Below, piece after piece: positions 50,741-63,285 of a stretch of DNA of 64,000 bases (within the stretch, counting starts at the first letter, position 1; the number at the start of each line of letters is the position of its first letter). Location of the stretch: assembly GCF_036365525.1 (NCBI RefSeq), contig NC_090404.1, forward strand, positions 12,366,550-12,430,549, read 5' to 3'. The stretch is from Heterodontus francisci (Eukaryota). Both the position numbers and the translations under genes were made by a program. Below the pieces are notes generated by a model. It saw only the letters and a list, made by a program, of their open reading frames with translations, searched no databases and was not told the DNA's origin.

Positions 50741-51164
50741 GATCTTTTCTTCTAATCGCGATTTAAAAACTCAACCGCTCAATTAATTTTGCTTTCCATA
50801 TTTGCTGAGAGTCTGTCTACTCATCTCAGGTAGGATATTTGCAGGTCGCGGGTCAAGTCTTGTAGAACCAGTTCTCCCACCACAGGTTAGCGACAGTGCA
50901 AAGCTGATTCTTTACAGGATTCCAAAGAATAACATCAGCAACTTTCTTCTCGATGGGATGTTGGGGGGAAGGTTGAGGGGTGGGTTCGTGAAATCTGAAA
51001 ATTTATATTTTCCAACAAACCAACGCCGCACATTTAAATCCTCGTATCCCTGTTGTGTCTATTTCTTCATAATTTGGGTCAGTTTTAAATTACAGCATCG
51101 CAACCACTGGGAACTGAAGTGAGGGACAAACGCGAATATGAACTGCACCACAACCCACCATCAA

Positions 51165-51410
51165 AAAGAGGGGAATGGACAATTTATTAAACCACTCTAT
51201 TCCCACTTCCTAAACACAGAGAGGGACAGGGCAATTGTTAATCCACTGTAACTCCACTTCTCCAATAGAGACAGGACAAAGGCAATAGTGAACCGACTGT
51301 AGCCCCTCCCCCAAACTCCCCCGACAGAGAAAGGAGCAAGGGTATTTGTTAACCCACTATACTTCCACTGCCCCGGCAGAGAGATTGGAAGGCAACTGCT
51401 CTCGACTATA
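51165..51410 (+). repeat. Degenerate tandem repeat of about 57-60 bp in the Cmu4-TM1 intron
   Basis: Recurring GGCAATTGTTAATCCACTGTA..CCACT..CAGAGA, 4-5 units. Confidence 0.7.
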
Positions 51411-51789
51411 TGGACTCAGTTGCCATCAGTGCAAATTCGGCTTCTAGCTCACTGTGAGAAGGATTTAATCTTTCCACATGGGAATCATATTGTAAAATTT
51501 ATATCTGTGCAACATAATATCATTAAACTTTTCCCTCTTAATCTTATTCAAACAGATTGAAGTCTAATAGTCCTAATCTAACCGGTGATAGAAACCTCTG
51601 TTTATTCGTGCTTGTGCTCCTGGTTTTTCTGAGGCCCTTGAGTTACACTGCTGCATGCATTCTGCTGATGTCATGTTGCATCTCGCACAGAATACATTTA
51701 TCTCCAGAGCAGTAAAGAATATTCTCTACAATGGTACACCGTCAAGGTCATATCCGGTCATTGGTTCTATGTGGAACTGTGAACAATTA

Positions 51790-52700
51790 TGAAAATGCAC
51801 AAGCACATGGACACAAACACACACATAAACACAATCACATGCACAACTACGCACATACACCTACACACACGAAGAGACCCAAATGCTGATATAAATGCTC
51901 CCACAGTCACACATACAAACACAAACATCAACACTCACCTTAGTACAGTCTCAAGTGCAGAGAAACATAGACCTAAAAGCACTTACTAGGATACACATTA
52001 ATACACATACATGGACGTACATATTCGCACATTAACAGGTTCACACACGTGCACACAAATACATTAACACATTCACTCACACACAAATAAACATTAACAT
52101 TACTATACTGACACACAGACGTGGATAAACAAACACGTACATAAACACACACATTAGCACATATGTACACATAATCACACATTAACACATGCATTAATAC
52201 ATAAATGTAGACATCAACACGTAAACACACACGTTATCACACTTTTGGGGGCACAAGAAGATATAGACAAGCACATTAACACACCCTTGAAAACATTGAC
52301 ACATGAACTTACAGGGAAACATAAACACCTCCATTAACACATAAATACAGATTAACAAACTCATGGGGACACAAGCACACACATAAATAAATATTAACAC
52401 GTTCATACAGGCACATGGAGAGATCAACACAACACGCAGACACGCACACACAAACACAGATACACACAGGTGGTCACTTCAATACACATATCAACGCACA
52501 TTGGCACATTAACACAAATTAACATAAATGGGCACATACACACAGCCATCAACAAGCACATTAACACACTCACACTTGGGTAGACAAACAAACAAATAAA
52601 CTCATTCATTAACACTCACATACTTGCACAAATAGACACACAAACACCGAGTAATAAAAGCAAGAAATACTCATACACACATACACAAACACTACAGCGC
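51790..52700 (+). repeat. CA-rich low-complexity tract in the Cmu4-TM1 intron
   Basis: About 900 nt of ACAC/ACAT/ATTAACAC motifs. Confidence 0.9.
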
Positions 52701-53286
52701 AGAAACAGAAACGTCAGACTATAGACGAAAGCAGAATTCAAATGCACTATTTGAACAGACACCATTTCCATTAGTTTCCCTAATACATGCTGGACCTGCA
52801 ATCACAATGAAACACTGTTCTCACTTAGAAACTGAGATAAATTAATGATTTACCAACCACTTTCCTCACAAATAAACAAACAAGATTGGAACTTACATCC
52901 GATCTCTTACTCAGCACCATTGACAATCTCCAAATATGTAACTCCCTGAACCTATCTTCAAAATAATTGTTATCAATCAGTAAACCTTCCTCGATATCTA
53001 ACCATAAAATCCCTAATGATAGAACGAAATTTATCCAAAATAAAATAGTGCCTGACACTGAAGAAAAAAACAGACATATTTCCCAACACGAGGATCATAA
53101 AGGAAGCACGGCTGTGGAGTTAGTAACAGAGATAGATTGCTGAACGTGAGTAAATTAACAATTGATATACATTGAAAATTAAATTAGAAAACAAAATAAG
53201 GGAGAGAACTGCGAATGCAAAATAACAATCTTATATCCTGGATTAATAAACGATATAAATACATTTCCTCCTCTACATCTCCGTAG

Positions 53287-53414
53287 ATTCCACAGACCAC
53301 ATCTGGATTGAAGACAATGAGGAAGAGAGCAGCAACATCTGGACAACCGCTTCGACATTCATCATCCTGTTCTTCCTGAGCATTTTCTACAGTGCTGCCG
53401 TCACTCTGGTGAAG
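53287..53414 (+). CDS. IGHM: IgM transmembrane exon TM1
   Basis: Acceptor CTCCGTAG; DSTDHIWIEDNEEESSNIWTTASTFIILFFLSIFYSAAVTLVK (acidic spacer plus antigen-receptor TM motif); donor AAG|GTGAGA; in phase with the Cmu4 internal donor. Absent from the ORF track. Confidence 0.96.
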
Positions 53415-53556
53415 GTGAGACTATTCAATCCACTCACACTTCAATATGACTGAAGGTGTTAAAATATCTCTAAAAGTTTCATAGATTAAAAAAACTCTAA
53501 GATGAATGTTCCAAACCACGAAATCTCTGCTTCATTCTTTTATCCCTATTTTATAG

Positions 53557-53565
53557 GTCAAGTGA
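53557..53565 (+). CDS. IGHM: IgM transmembrane exon TM2 (VK-stop; cytoplasmic KVK)
   Basis: Acceptor CCTATTTTATAG then GTC AAG TGA. Confidence 0.93.
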   Translation, partial: VK

Positions 53566-53981
53566 TCGACTGAATTTTGGCTGTCCTGGATTTTACTCAT
53601 TTTTTATCATCTCTGTATTACCAAACAAACTGTAAAAGTAAAATGCCGTCAGTTTATGGTTCGAAATCTGTAGCTGAGAAACTCATTAAACATTAATTCC
53701 GCTTTTCTGTTTGAAATGGATGAGATAATCGTAGCTATAATGTAAATGTATCTTCGAGTTTCATCGTTGTTTGTACCTCATGTAATATTCCTTATTCATA
53801 ATTGTTTCCTTCCAGTTATGTGGAGACCCTGTTTTCATTCATTGGTCTGTTACAGTTTTACAGATAGCTGACAGCTCAGGCTGCATGCGTTCTGTTCTCA
53901 ATGTGACTCACAGTTGTTATATTCATTTTGGAGCTTTCTTTTTTTAAGTGTTTTCTGTAAAATATTCATTTAAAAATTGTT

Positions 53982-53987
53982 AATAAA
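53982..53987 (+). terminator. Probable membrane-form polyadenylation signal
   Basis: AATAAA about 420 nt after the TM2 stop, following an AT-rich 3' UTR. Confidence 0.55.
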
Positions 53988-54389
53988 CCTTGAATAAGAA
54001 ATACACGAACTTGGACTTGCTGAATTCTTTGCCCCAAGGCTCATCCACAGCGCTCCATGTTCCTATGACACGTTTTCCTCTTTCCTGAGAGCTATTTCTC
54101 ACCAGTCCTGACTGGATTAAGTTTGAAACCAAGGTCCTTTGCTGAAGGAGTCGCTGCGCCATCTAGAGGTCCATCAGTGTAAACACATTTTTCCATCCAC
54201 ATCATTATTCTAATCCCAAGAGGAAGAATGGTCGCGCAGTGACCAGGAGCACCTCATTGACTTCTCTCATCTTATGGTCTGTCACAGTCATATGCCAGGT
54301 TATATTAAAGAGCAACGTTCTGCTCCCACACAGCCTGCTACAGTGTAGTACATGGTGGAATAATGTCCCAACAAACCTTTTCAGGGCTG

Positions 54390-54675
54390 TCACGGCACAG
54401 GTAGATACAGAGCAAATCTCGCTCTACATCATCCCATCAAACACTCCCAGGCCAGGGACAGCACGGGTTAAGGACAGAGTAAAGCTGCCTCTACACTAGC
54501 CCACCAAACACTCCCAGGGCAGACACAGCAGGGGCTAGATACAGAGTACAGCTCCCTGTATACTGTCCCATCAAACACTCCAAGGACTGGTCCAGCATGG
54601 GTTAGAGACATGGTAAAGCTCCCTCTAAACTGCACCATCAAACGCTCCCAGGACAGGCGTCGCAGGTTAGATGTA
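54390..54675 (+). repeat. 67-bp tandem repeat, about 4 units
   Basis: Same unit as 3835-4260. Confidence 0.85.
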
Positions 54676-56035
54676 TAACACAGCCACATAAGGGAGCATA
54701 AACCCTGGGAATGATTCCTAGAGACTGGTGCATATCTGACAAAATACACCATCAAGCACAAGAGCTGGGAATTATTTAAATAGCCTGGGGATATCTGATA
54801 CAACGGGAATCGCAAACCTTAGGAATGATCCCACAGCCTGGGCCGATCTAACACACCAGAGAGGACAACCCCTCAGAATGATTTCCAAAACCTGAAGCCT
54901 ATGTGCCAAACATGGAGGCAGACTGATTGGGTTGATTACCAGAGCCTGGGGCCTAACTGAAACAACAGAGAGCATAAACCATGGGAATGATTCCGGGAGA
55001 CAGAGGCCTATCTGGTACAGTGCCTCTACCTTTGCATTTTCTGTTATAAACACAACCCACAATCTCCGCCTCTTCTGTCAGCCACACACACGCACAGACT
55101 CGCCACTTTTCTGCTCTGCACATGCCGACTATCTGCCTCCTCCTTTTCTGCTATACCCATTACCCGTTCTCCTCTGTCACATGTTTCCCCGATGATCTCT
55201 CTTCCGCTGCATTGCCTCTGATAATATCTCCCTGAACTCACTGAACATCACCCCAGGGATCCTCTCTCCCTGCTTCATTGCCTCTTATACAATCTCTCCG
55301 AACTCACTGAACATCACCCCAGGGATCACCTCTCCCTGTTCCCTTATTGAATATTACCCAGTGATCCGTCGCTGAGCTTCAAACCTTCACTACCTGAAGT
55401 TTCTCTCCCGGCCATGGGAATATCGCCGGACGTTTCTGTTCAGACCCGACTATCTTCAAGCATTTTTCTTTAATGCTGAGCTGCTTTTTATCTAAACTCC
55501 TGGAATTCAGGCGCGAGGTTTCCTGTGGCTGAATATCACATTAGGTTCAGTGATGGAAGCATTAACACCCCTTCTGAAGGATTTGGCATGATAGTTGGGA
55601 ATGGGGGGAGCGTTGATGTTTGAACTCTTTCTCTGCCCAATCTCTCTCCCGCTTCTCCCCCACCACCATCATTCGGGCACCCCCGGCCTTCTAAGTTACA
55701 TTTATCTTTAGCCGTCATCACTGTGACTCCCGGTCTCCATCCTTTCCACAGACTCGGGGAACACACACTGGGTGCACGGCTCTTTTAAGATGCAAGGACT
55801 TACCCCTTTCGGTCACTGCCCTGAGTTAGGGGTCACATGGGGCTGAGTGGACGCTGGAGAGGGCCCGTGACCCCCTGACCCTGAATCAATTGGGGGAAAC
55901 ATCCAATCACGGCTCAGTGGCATAAAGAGTGCATTGTGGCGTCATCTACAGCAGGGGAAACTTGCCGCCGTCATTTTTGTGTGACGTCACATTGTTCAAG
56001 TTTATTTAAAAGAGCAACTCGATTCAAATGAATTC

Positions 56036-59000
56036 GTCGCTGAAGAGCTGGTGTAGGCGGGAGGGTTTCAGCTAATTGGATCATAGGGATCTCTTCTGGT
56101 GCAGAGGTGACCTGTACAAGAAGGACAGATTGCATCTAAACTGGAAGGGGACCAATATCCTTGCGGGGAGGTTTGCTAGTACTACTCGGGAGGGTTTAAA
56201 CTAGTCTTGCAGGGGGGTGGGAACCAAAGTAGTAGTCTCTCCGATGAGATAGTGGAGGCAAATGTAGAGGTTAAAGCAAGCAAGTCCACTAAGCAGGCCG
56301 GGCAGGGGCAGAACAGGGGACATGGAAGGTCTGGTAGGCTAAACTGCATTTACTTTAATGCAAGAAGCCTTACAGGTAAGGCAGATGAGCTCAGAGCATG
56401 GATCGGTACATGGGATTGTGATATTATAGCTATTACGGAAACGTGGTTGAGGGATGGGCAGGACTGGCAGCTGAATGTTCCGGGGTACCAATGCTACTGG
56501 CGTGACGGAGGTGGAGGTAAGAGAGGAGGGAGTTGCACTATTGATTAGGGACTACATCACGGCAGTACTTAGAGAGGATATTCCGGGGGGAATGTCCAGC
56601 GAGGCCATATGGGTAGAACTTAGAAATATGAAAGGGGTGATCTCTTTGATGGGATTATACTATAGGCCCCCCAATAGTCAGAGGGAAGTGGAGAAGCATA
56701 TATGTAGGGAAATCACAAATAGGTGTAGGAATTATAGGGTTGTAATAGTAGGTGATTTTAACTTCCCTAATATTGACTGGGACTGCTTTAGTGTTAAGGG
56801 TTCAGATGGGGAAGAATGTGTTAAGTGTGTCCAGAATAGTTTTCTGAAGCAGTATGTGGATGGCCCTACTAGAGACGGGGCTACACTCGACCTCCTCTTA
56901 GGAAATGAGGATGGGCAGGTGGTTGGTGCGTCGGTGGAGGAGCACTTTGGGACCAGTGATCATAACTCTATTAGCTTCAAGACAGTTATGGAAAAGGATA
57001 GGACTGGTCCTCAGGTTAGAGTCCTAAATTGGGGGAAGGCTAATTTCGATGGCATCAGACAGGAACTCTCAAAAGTTGAATGAGAGATGTTGTTTACAGG
57101 TAAAGGGACGTCTGGCAAGTGGGAGGCTTTTAAAAGTGAGATTGGACGAATTCAGGGCTGGCATGTTCCTGTTAGATGGAAGTGTAAGGCTGGCAAACTT
57201 AGGGAACCTTGGTTGACGAGGGATATTGAGGGTCTGGTCAGGACAAAGAAGGAGGCATATGTCAGGTATAGGCAGCTGGGATCAAGCGAGTCCCTAGAGG
57301 AGTATAGAGGATGTAGGACGACACTTAAGAAGCAAATTAGGAGGGCGAAAAGGGGCCATGAGATTTCCCTGGCAGATAAGATAAAGGAGAATCCTAAAAT
57401 ATTCTATAAGCATATTAAGAGGAAAAGGGTAGCTAGGGAGAGAGAAGGTCCCCTTAAGGATCATTGTGGCAATCTATGTGTGGAGCCACGGGAAATGGGC
57501 GAGGTCTTAAATGAATTCTTCTCGTCTGCATTTACCGTGGAGGAGGTAATGGAAGCTAGTGAGTTCAAGGGAGAGAACAGCGATATCCTGGAGCATATCA
57601 ACATTACAAAGGAGGAGGTGTTGGAGGTTTTGAAGCGCATTAAGGTTGATAAATCCCCAGGGCCTGACCAGGTGTATCCTAAAATGCTATGGGAAGCAAG
57701 GGAGGAGATTGCTGGGGCCCTGGCAGAGATTTGTGTATCATCGTTAGCCATGGGTGAGGTACTGGAAGAGTGGAGGATAGCTAATGTTGTGCCTTTATTT
57801 AAGAAGGGCAGCAGGGATAAGCTAGGGAACTACAGGCCAGTGAGCCTTAAATCAGTGGTGGGAAAGTTATCGGAAGGGATTCTGAGAGATAGGATTTATA
57901 TGCATTTGGAAGGGCGTGGTCTGCTTAGGGATAGTCAGCATGGTTTTGTGCGTCGGAAATCATGTCTCACGAATTTGATTGAGTTTTTTGAGGAGGTGAC
58001 CAAGAGGATTGGCGAGGGCAGGGCGATGGACGTTGTCTACATGGAGTTTAGCAAGGCCTTTGACATGGTATGCTGGTCCAGAAGGTTCGAACACATGGAA
58101 TCCAGGGTGAGCTGGCAAAATGGATACAAAATTGGCTTGGTGATTGGAGGCAGAGGGTGATAGTGGAAGGTTGTTTTTCAGATTGGAGGCCGGTGACCAG
58201 TGGTGTGCCTCAGGGATCAGTGCTGGGCCCTCTGTTGTTTGTCATATATATTAATGACTTGGATGTGAATGCGGGGTGCATGATTAGTATGTTTACAGAT
58301 GACACCAAAATTGGTGATATAGTTGACAGTGAAGAAGGCTGTCTAAGGTTACAACAGGATTTCGATAAACTGGGAAAGTGGGCAAGGAGTTGGCAAATGG
58401 AATTTAACGCAGACAAGTGCGAAGTGATGCATTTTGGGAAGTTAAACCAGGGCAGGAGATATACAGTGAATGGCAGGGGCCTGGGGAGTGTTGTTGTCCA
58501 GAGAGACCTTGGGGTGCAAGTACATAGTTCCCTGAAAGTGGCAACACAAGTAGACAGGGTGGTGAAGAAGGCGTATAGCATGCTTGCCTTCATCGGCCGA
58601 GTCATTGAGGACAAGAGTTGGGACATCATGTTACAGTTGTACATAACGTTGGTTAGGCCACATTTGGATACTGTGTGCAGTTCTGGTCGCCACACTACAG
58701 GAAAGATGTGATTAAGCTAGAGAGGGTGCAGAAAAGATTAAAAAGGATGTTGCCTGGTTTGGAGGGCTTGAGGTATAAAGAGAGATTGGATAGGCTGGGT
58801 CTGTTTTCCCTGGAATGAAGGAGGCTGAGAGGGGACATGATAGAGGTATATAAAATTTTGAGAGGCATAGATAAGGTAAATAGCCAGAGTCTGTTTTCCA
58901 TGGTAAGGGTGACTAAAACTAGAGGGCATAGATTTAAGGTGAGAGGGAGGAGGTTGAAAGAGAATCAAAGGGGTAAATTTTACACACAAAGAATAGTGGG

Positions 59001-59220
59001 TATCTGGAATGAGCTGCCTGAGGAGGTGGTGGAGGCAGGAACAGTGGCAACATTTAAGAGGCATCTGGACAGGTACTTGAATGAGCAAGGCATAGAGGGA
59101 TATGGAATTAATGCAGGCAGGTGGGATTAGTATAGATAGGCATTATGGTCGGCATGGACACGATGGGTCTAAGGGCCTGTTTCTGTGCTGTACGATTCAA
59201 TGACTCTATAACTCTATTAC
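56036..59220 (+). mobile_element. CR1 LINE: ORF1 C-terminus plus frameshifted ORF2 (APE endonuclease and RT)
   Basis: LHLNWKGTNILAGRF; YFNARSL..ITETW, YYRPP, GDFN, SDH; KSPGPD, NYRPVSL, GVPQGSVLGP, FTDD; (ACTCTAT)n tail; stops and frameshifts present. Confidence 0.93.
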
Positions 59221-59369
59221 AAAGGAAAACTGACTTCAGTTTTCATCAAAATAACAACTTGATCTTAATCTACAAAAGCGCAAATTTGCTCCGCGCGAGT
59301 TTATAAAGCGCTATGCTTAAACCGGTTGTGGGTGTGCGCAAGTGCAGCTCGTGTCACAGATAGTGGTTT

Positions 59370-59770
59370 TAGGAACATAGAAACATAGGAGCAGGAGTAG
59401 GCCATTCAGCCCATCGAGCCTGCCCCGCCATTCAATACTATCATGGCTGATGATCCACTTCAATGTCTTTTTCGCCACTGTCCTCATATCCCCTAATGTC
59501 ATTGGTATTTCGTAATCTGTCAGTCTCTGCTTTAAACATACTCAATGACTGAGCTGCCACAGCCGTTTGAAGTAGAAAATTCTAAAGATTCACAACCCTC
59601 TGAGTAAATAAATTTCTCCTCATCTTTGTTCTAAATGACTTCCCCCTTATTTTGAATTTGTGTCCCCTGGTTCTAAACTCCCCAACCAGGGGAAACATCT
59701 GAACTGCATCTACCCTGTCTATCCCTTTAAGTATTTTGTATGTTTCAATTTGCTCACCTCTCATTCTTCG
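59370..59770 (-). mobile_element. CR1 LINE 3' end (host element, continues at 63286-64000)
   Basis: RMRGEQIETYKILKGIDRVDA on the minus strand, contiguous in frame logic with 63316-63594. Confidence 0.85.
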
Positions 59771-62700
59771 AGATTGTAAGGGGAGTAGATAGGTGGTTCT
59801 GTGGTCGAAAACGAGGCTCCCGAATGGTATGTTGCCTCCCAGGTGCACGGGTCAGGGATGTCTCAGATCGGCTGCAGAACATTCTAAAGGGGGAGGGTGA
59901 ACAGCCAGTTGTCATTGTGCACATAGGCACTAATGATATAGGTAAAAAACGGGATGAGGTCCTACAAGCAGAGTTTAGGGAGTTAGGAGCCAAGTTAAAA
60001 AGTAGGACCTCAGAGGTAGTAATCTCAGGATTACTACCAGTGCCACGTGATAGTCAGAGTAAAAATGAAAGAATAGTCAGGATGAATGTGTGGCTTGAGA
60101 GATGGTGCAGGAAGGAGGGGTTCAGATTTTTGGGACATTGGGACCGGTTCTGGGGGAGGTGGGACTATTACAAATTGGACGGTCTACACCTGGGCCGGAC
60201 TGGAACCAATGTCCTTGGAGGTGCTTTTGCTAACGCTGTTGGGGAGGGTTTAAACTAATGTAGCAGGGGGATGGGAACCAATTGAGGTCAGTTGACAGTA
60301 AGGAGGTAGTAACAAAAGCCTGTAAGGAACTAGATAATGAAGTCAGTGTGACTAAGGGGAAGAGCAGGCAGGGAGCAGATGATGAATAGAAAGGGACTGG
60401 TGGTCTGAGGTGCATTTGTTTTAATGCAAGAAGTGTAGTAGGTAAGGCAGATGAACTTAGGGCTTGGATTAGTACCTGGGAGTATGATGTTATTGCTATT
60501 ACTGAGACTTGGTTGAGGGAAGGGCATGATTGGCAACTAAATATCCCAGGATATCGATGCTTCAGGCGGGATAGAGAGGGGGTAAAAGTGGTGGAGGAGT
60601 TGCATTACTGGTCAAAGAGGATATCACAGCTGTGCTGAAGGAGGGCACTATGGAGGACTCGAGCAGTGAGGCAATATGGACAGAACTCAGAAATAGGAAG
60701 GGTGCGGTAACAATGTTGGGGCTGTACTACAGGCCTCCCAACAGCGAGCGTGAGATAGAGGTACAAATATGTAAACAGATTATGGAAAGATGTAGGAGCA
60801 ACAGGGTGGTGGTGATAGGAGATTTTAATTTTCCCAACATTGACTGGGATTCGCTTAGTGTTAGAGGTCCAGATGGAGCAGAATTTGTAAGGAGCATCCA
60901 GGAGGGTTTTCTAGAGCAGTATGTAAATAGTCCAACTCGGGAAGGGGCCATACTGGACCTGGTGTTGGGGAATGAGCCCGGCCAGGTTGTTGAAGTTTCA
61001 GTAGGGGACTACTTTGGGAATAGTGATCACAATTCCGTAAGCTTTAAAATACTCATGGACAAAGACGAGAGTGGTCCTAAAGGAAGAGTGCTAAATTGGG
61101 GGAAGGCCAACTATACCAAAATTCGGCAGGAGCTGGGAAATGTAGATTGGGAGCAGCTGTTTGAAGGTAAATCCACATGTGATATGTGGGAGGCTTTAAA
61201 GAGAGGTTGATTAGCGTGCAGGAGAGACATGTTCCTGTGCAAATGAGGGATAGAAATGGCAAGATTAGGGAACCATGGATGACAGGTGAAATTGTGAGAC
61301 CAGCTAAGAGGAAAAAGGAAGTATACATAAGGTCTAGGCGGCTGATGAAAGACGAAGCTTTGAAAGAATATCGGGAATGCAGGACCAATCTGAAACGAGG
61401 AATTAAGAGGGCTAAAAGGGGTCATGAAATATCTTTAGCAAACAGGGTTAAGGAAAATCCCAAAGCCTTTTATTCATATATAAGGAGAAAGAGGGTAACT
61501 AGAGAAAGGATTGGCCCACTAAAGGACAAAGGAGGAATGTTATGCTTGGACTCAGAGAAAATGGGTGAGATTCTAAACGAGTACTTTGCATCGGTATTCA
61601 CCGAGGAGAGGGACATGACGGATGTTGAGGTTAGGAACAGATGTTTGATTACTCTAGGTCAAGTCGGCATAAGGAGGGAGAAAGTGTTGGGTATTCTAAA
61701 GGGCATTAAGGTGGACAAGTCCCCAGGTCCGGATGGGATCTATCCCAGGTTACTGAGGGAAGCGAGAGAGGAAATAGCTGGGGCCTTAACAGATATCTTT
61801 GCAGCATCCTTAAACACGGGTGAGGTCCCGGAGGACTGGAGAATTGCTAATGTTGTCCCCTTGTTTAAGAAGGGTAGCAGGGATAATCCAGGTAATTATA
61901 GACCGGTGAGCCTGACGTCAGTGGTAGGGAAGCTGCTGGAGAAGATACTGAGGGATAGGATCTATTCCCATTTGGAAGAAAATGGGCTCATGAGTGATAG
62001 GCAACATGGTTTTGTGCAGGGAAGGTCATGTCTTACCAACTTAATAGAATTCTTTGAGGAAGTGACAAAGTTGATTGATGAGGGAAGGGCTGTCGATGTC
62101 ATATACATGGACTTCAGTAAGGCGTTTGATAAGGTTCCCCATGGCAGGCTGATGGAGAAAGTGAAGGCGCTTGGGGTCCAAGGTGCACTAGCTAGATGGA
62201 TAAAGAACTGGCTGGGCAACAGGAGACAGAGAGTAGCAGTAGAAGGGAGTTTCTCAAAATGGAGACGTGTGACCAGTGGTGTTCCACAGGGATCCGTGCT
62301 GGGACCACTGTTGTTTGTGATATACATTAATGATTTGGAGGAAAGTATAGGTGGACTGATTAGCAAGTTTGCAGACGACACTAAGATTGGTGGAGTAGCA
62401 GATAGTGAAGGGGACTGTCAGAGAATACAGCAGAATATAGATAGATTGGAGAGTTGGGCAGAGAAATGGCAGATGGAGTTCAATCAGGGCAAATGCGAGG
62501 TGATGCATTTTGGAAGATCCAATTTAAGAGTGAACTATACAGTAAATGGAAAAGTCCTGGGGAAAATTGATGTCCAGAGAGATTTGGGTGTTCAGGTCCA
62601 CTGTTCCCTGAAGGTGGCAACGCAGGTAAATAGAGTGGTCAAGAAGGCATACGGCATGCTTTCCTTCATCGGACGGGGCATTGAGTACAAGAGTTGGCAG

Positions 62701-63285
62701 GTCATGTTACAGTTGTATAGGACTTTGGTTCGGCCACATTTGGAATACTGCGTACAGTTCTGGTCGCCACATTATCAAAAGGATGTGGATGCTTTGGAGA
62801 GGGTGCAGAGGAGGTTCACCAGGATGTTGCCTGGTATGGAGGGCGCTAGCTATGAAGAGAGGTTGAGTAGATTAGGATTATTTTCATTAGAAAGACGGAG
62901 GTTGAGGGGGGACCTGATTGAGGTGTACAAAATCATGAGAGGTATAGACAGGGTGGATAGCAAGAGGCTTTTTCCCAGAGTGGGGGTTTCCATTACTAGA
63001 GGACACGAGCTCAAAGTGAAAGGGGAAAAGTTTAGGGGGGATATGCGTGGAAAGTTCTTTACGCAGAGGGTGGTGGGCACCTGGAACGCATTGCCAGCGG
63101 AGGTGGTAGATGCGGGCACGATGGAGTCTTTTAAGATGTATCTAGACAGATACATGAATGGACAGGAAGAAAAGAGATACAGAACCTTAGAAAATAGGCC
63201 ACATGTTTAGAGAGAGGATCTGGATCGGCGCAGGCTTGGAGGGCCGAAGGGCCTGTTCCTGTGCTGTAATTATCTTTGTTCTTTG
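59771..63285 (+). mobile_element. Young near-full-length CR1 LINE: ORF1 (SGNH/esterase-like) plus ORF2 (APE and RT)
   Basis: ORF1 CLPGARVRDV..HIGTNDIG..DGLHL; ORF2 broken only by a few frameshifts (near 60580 and 61195); 674-aa RT ORF with PQGSVLGP and FADD. Confidence 0.95.

Noticed and set aside
51789-52801. Cys/Val/His-rich ORFs
   Set aside because: Low-complexity CA/TG repeat translations
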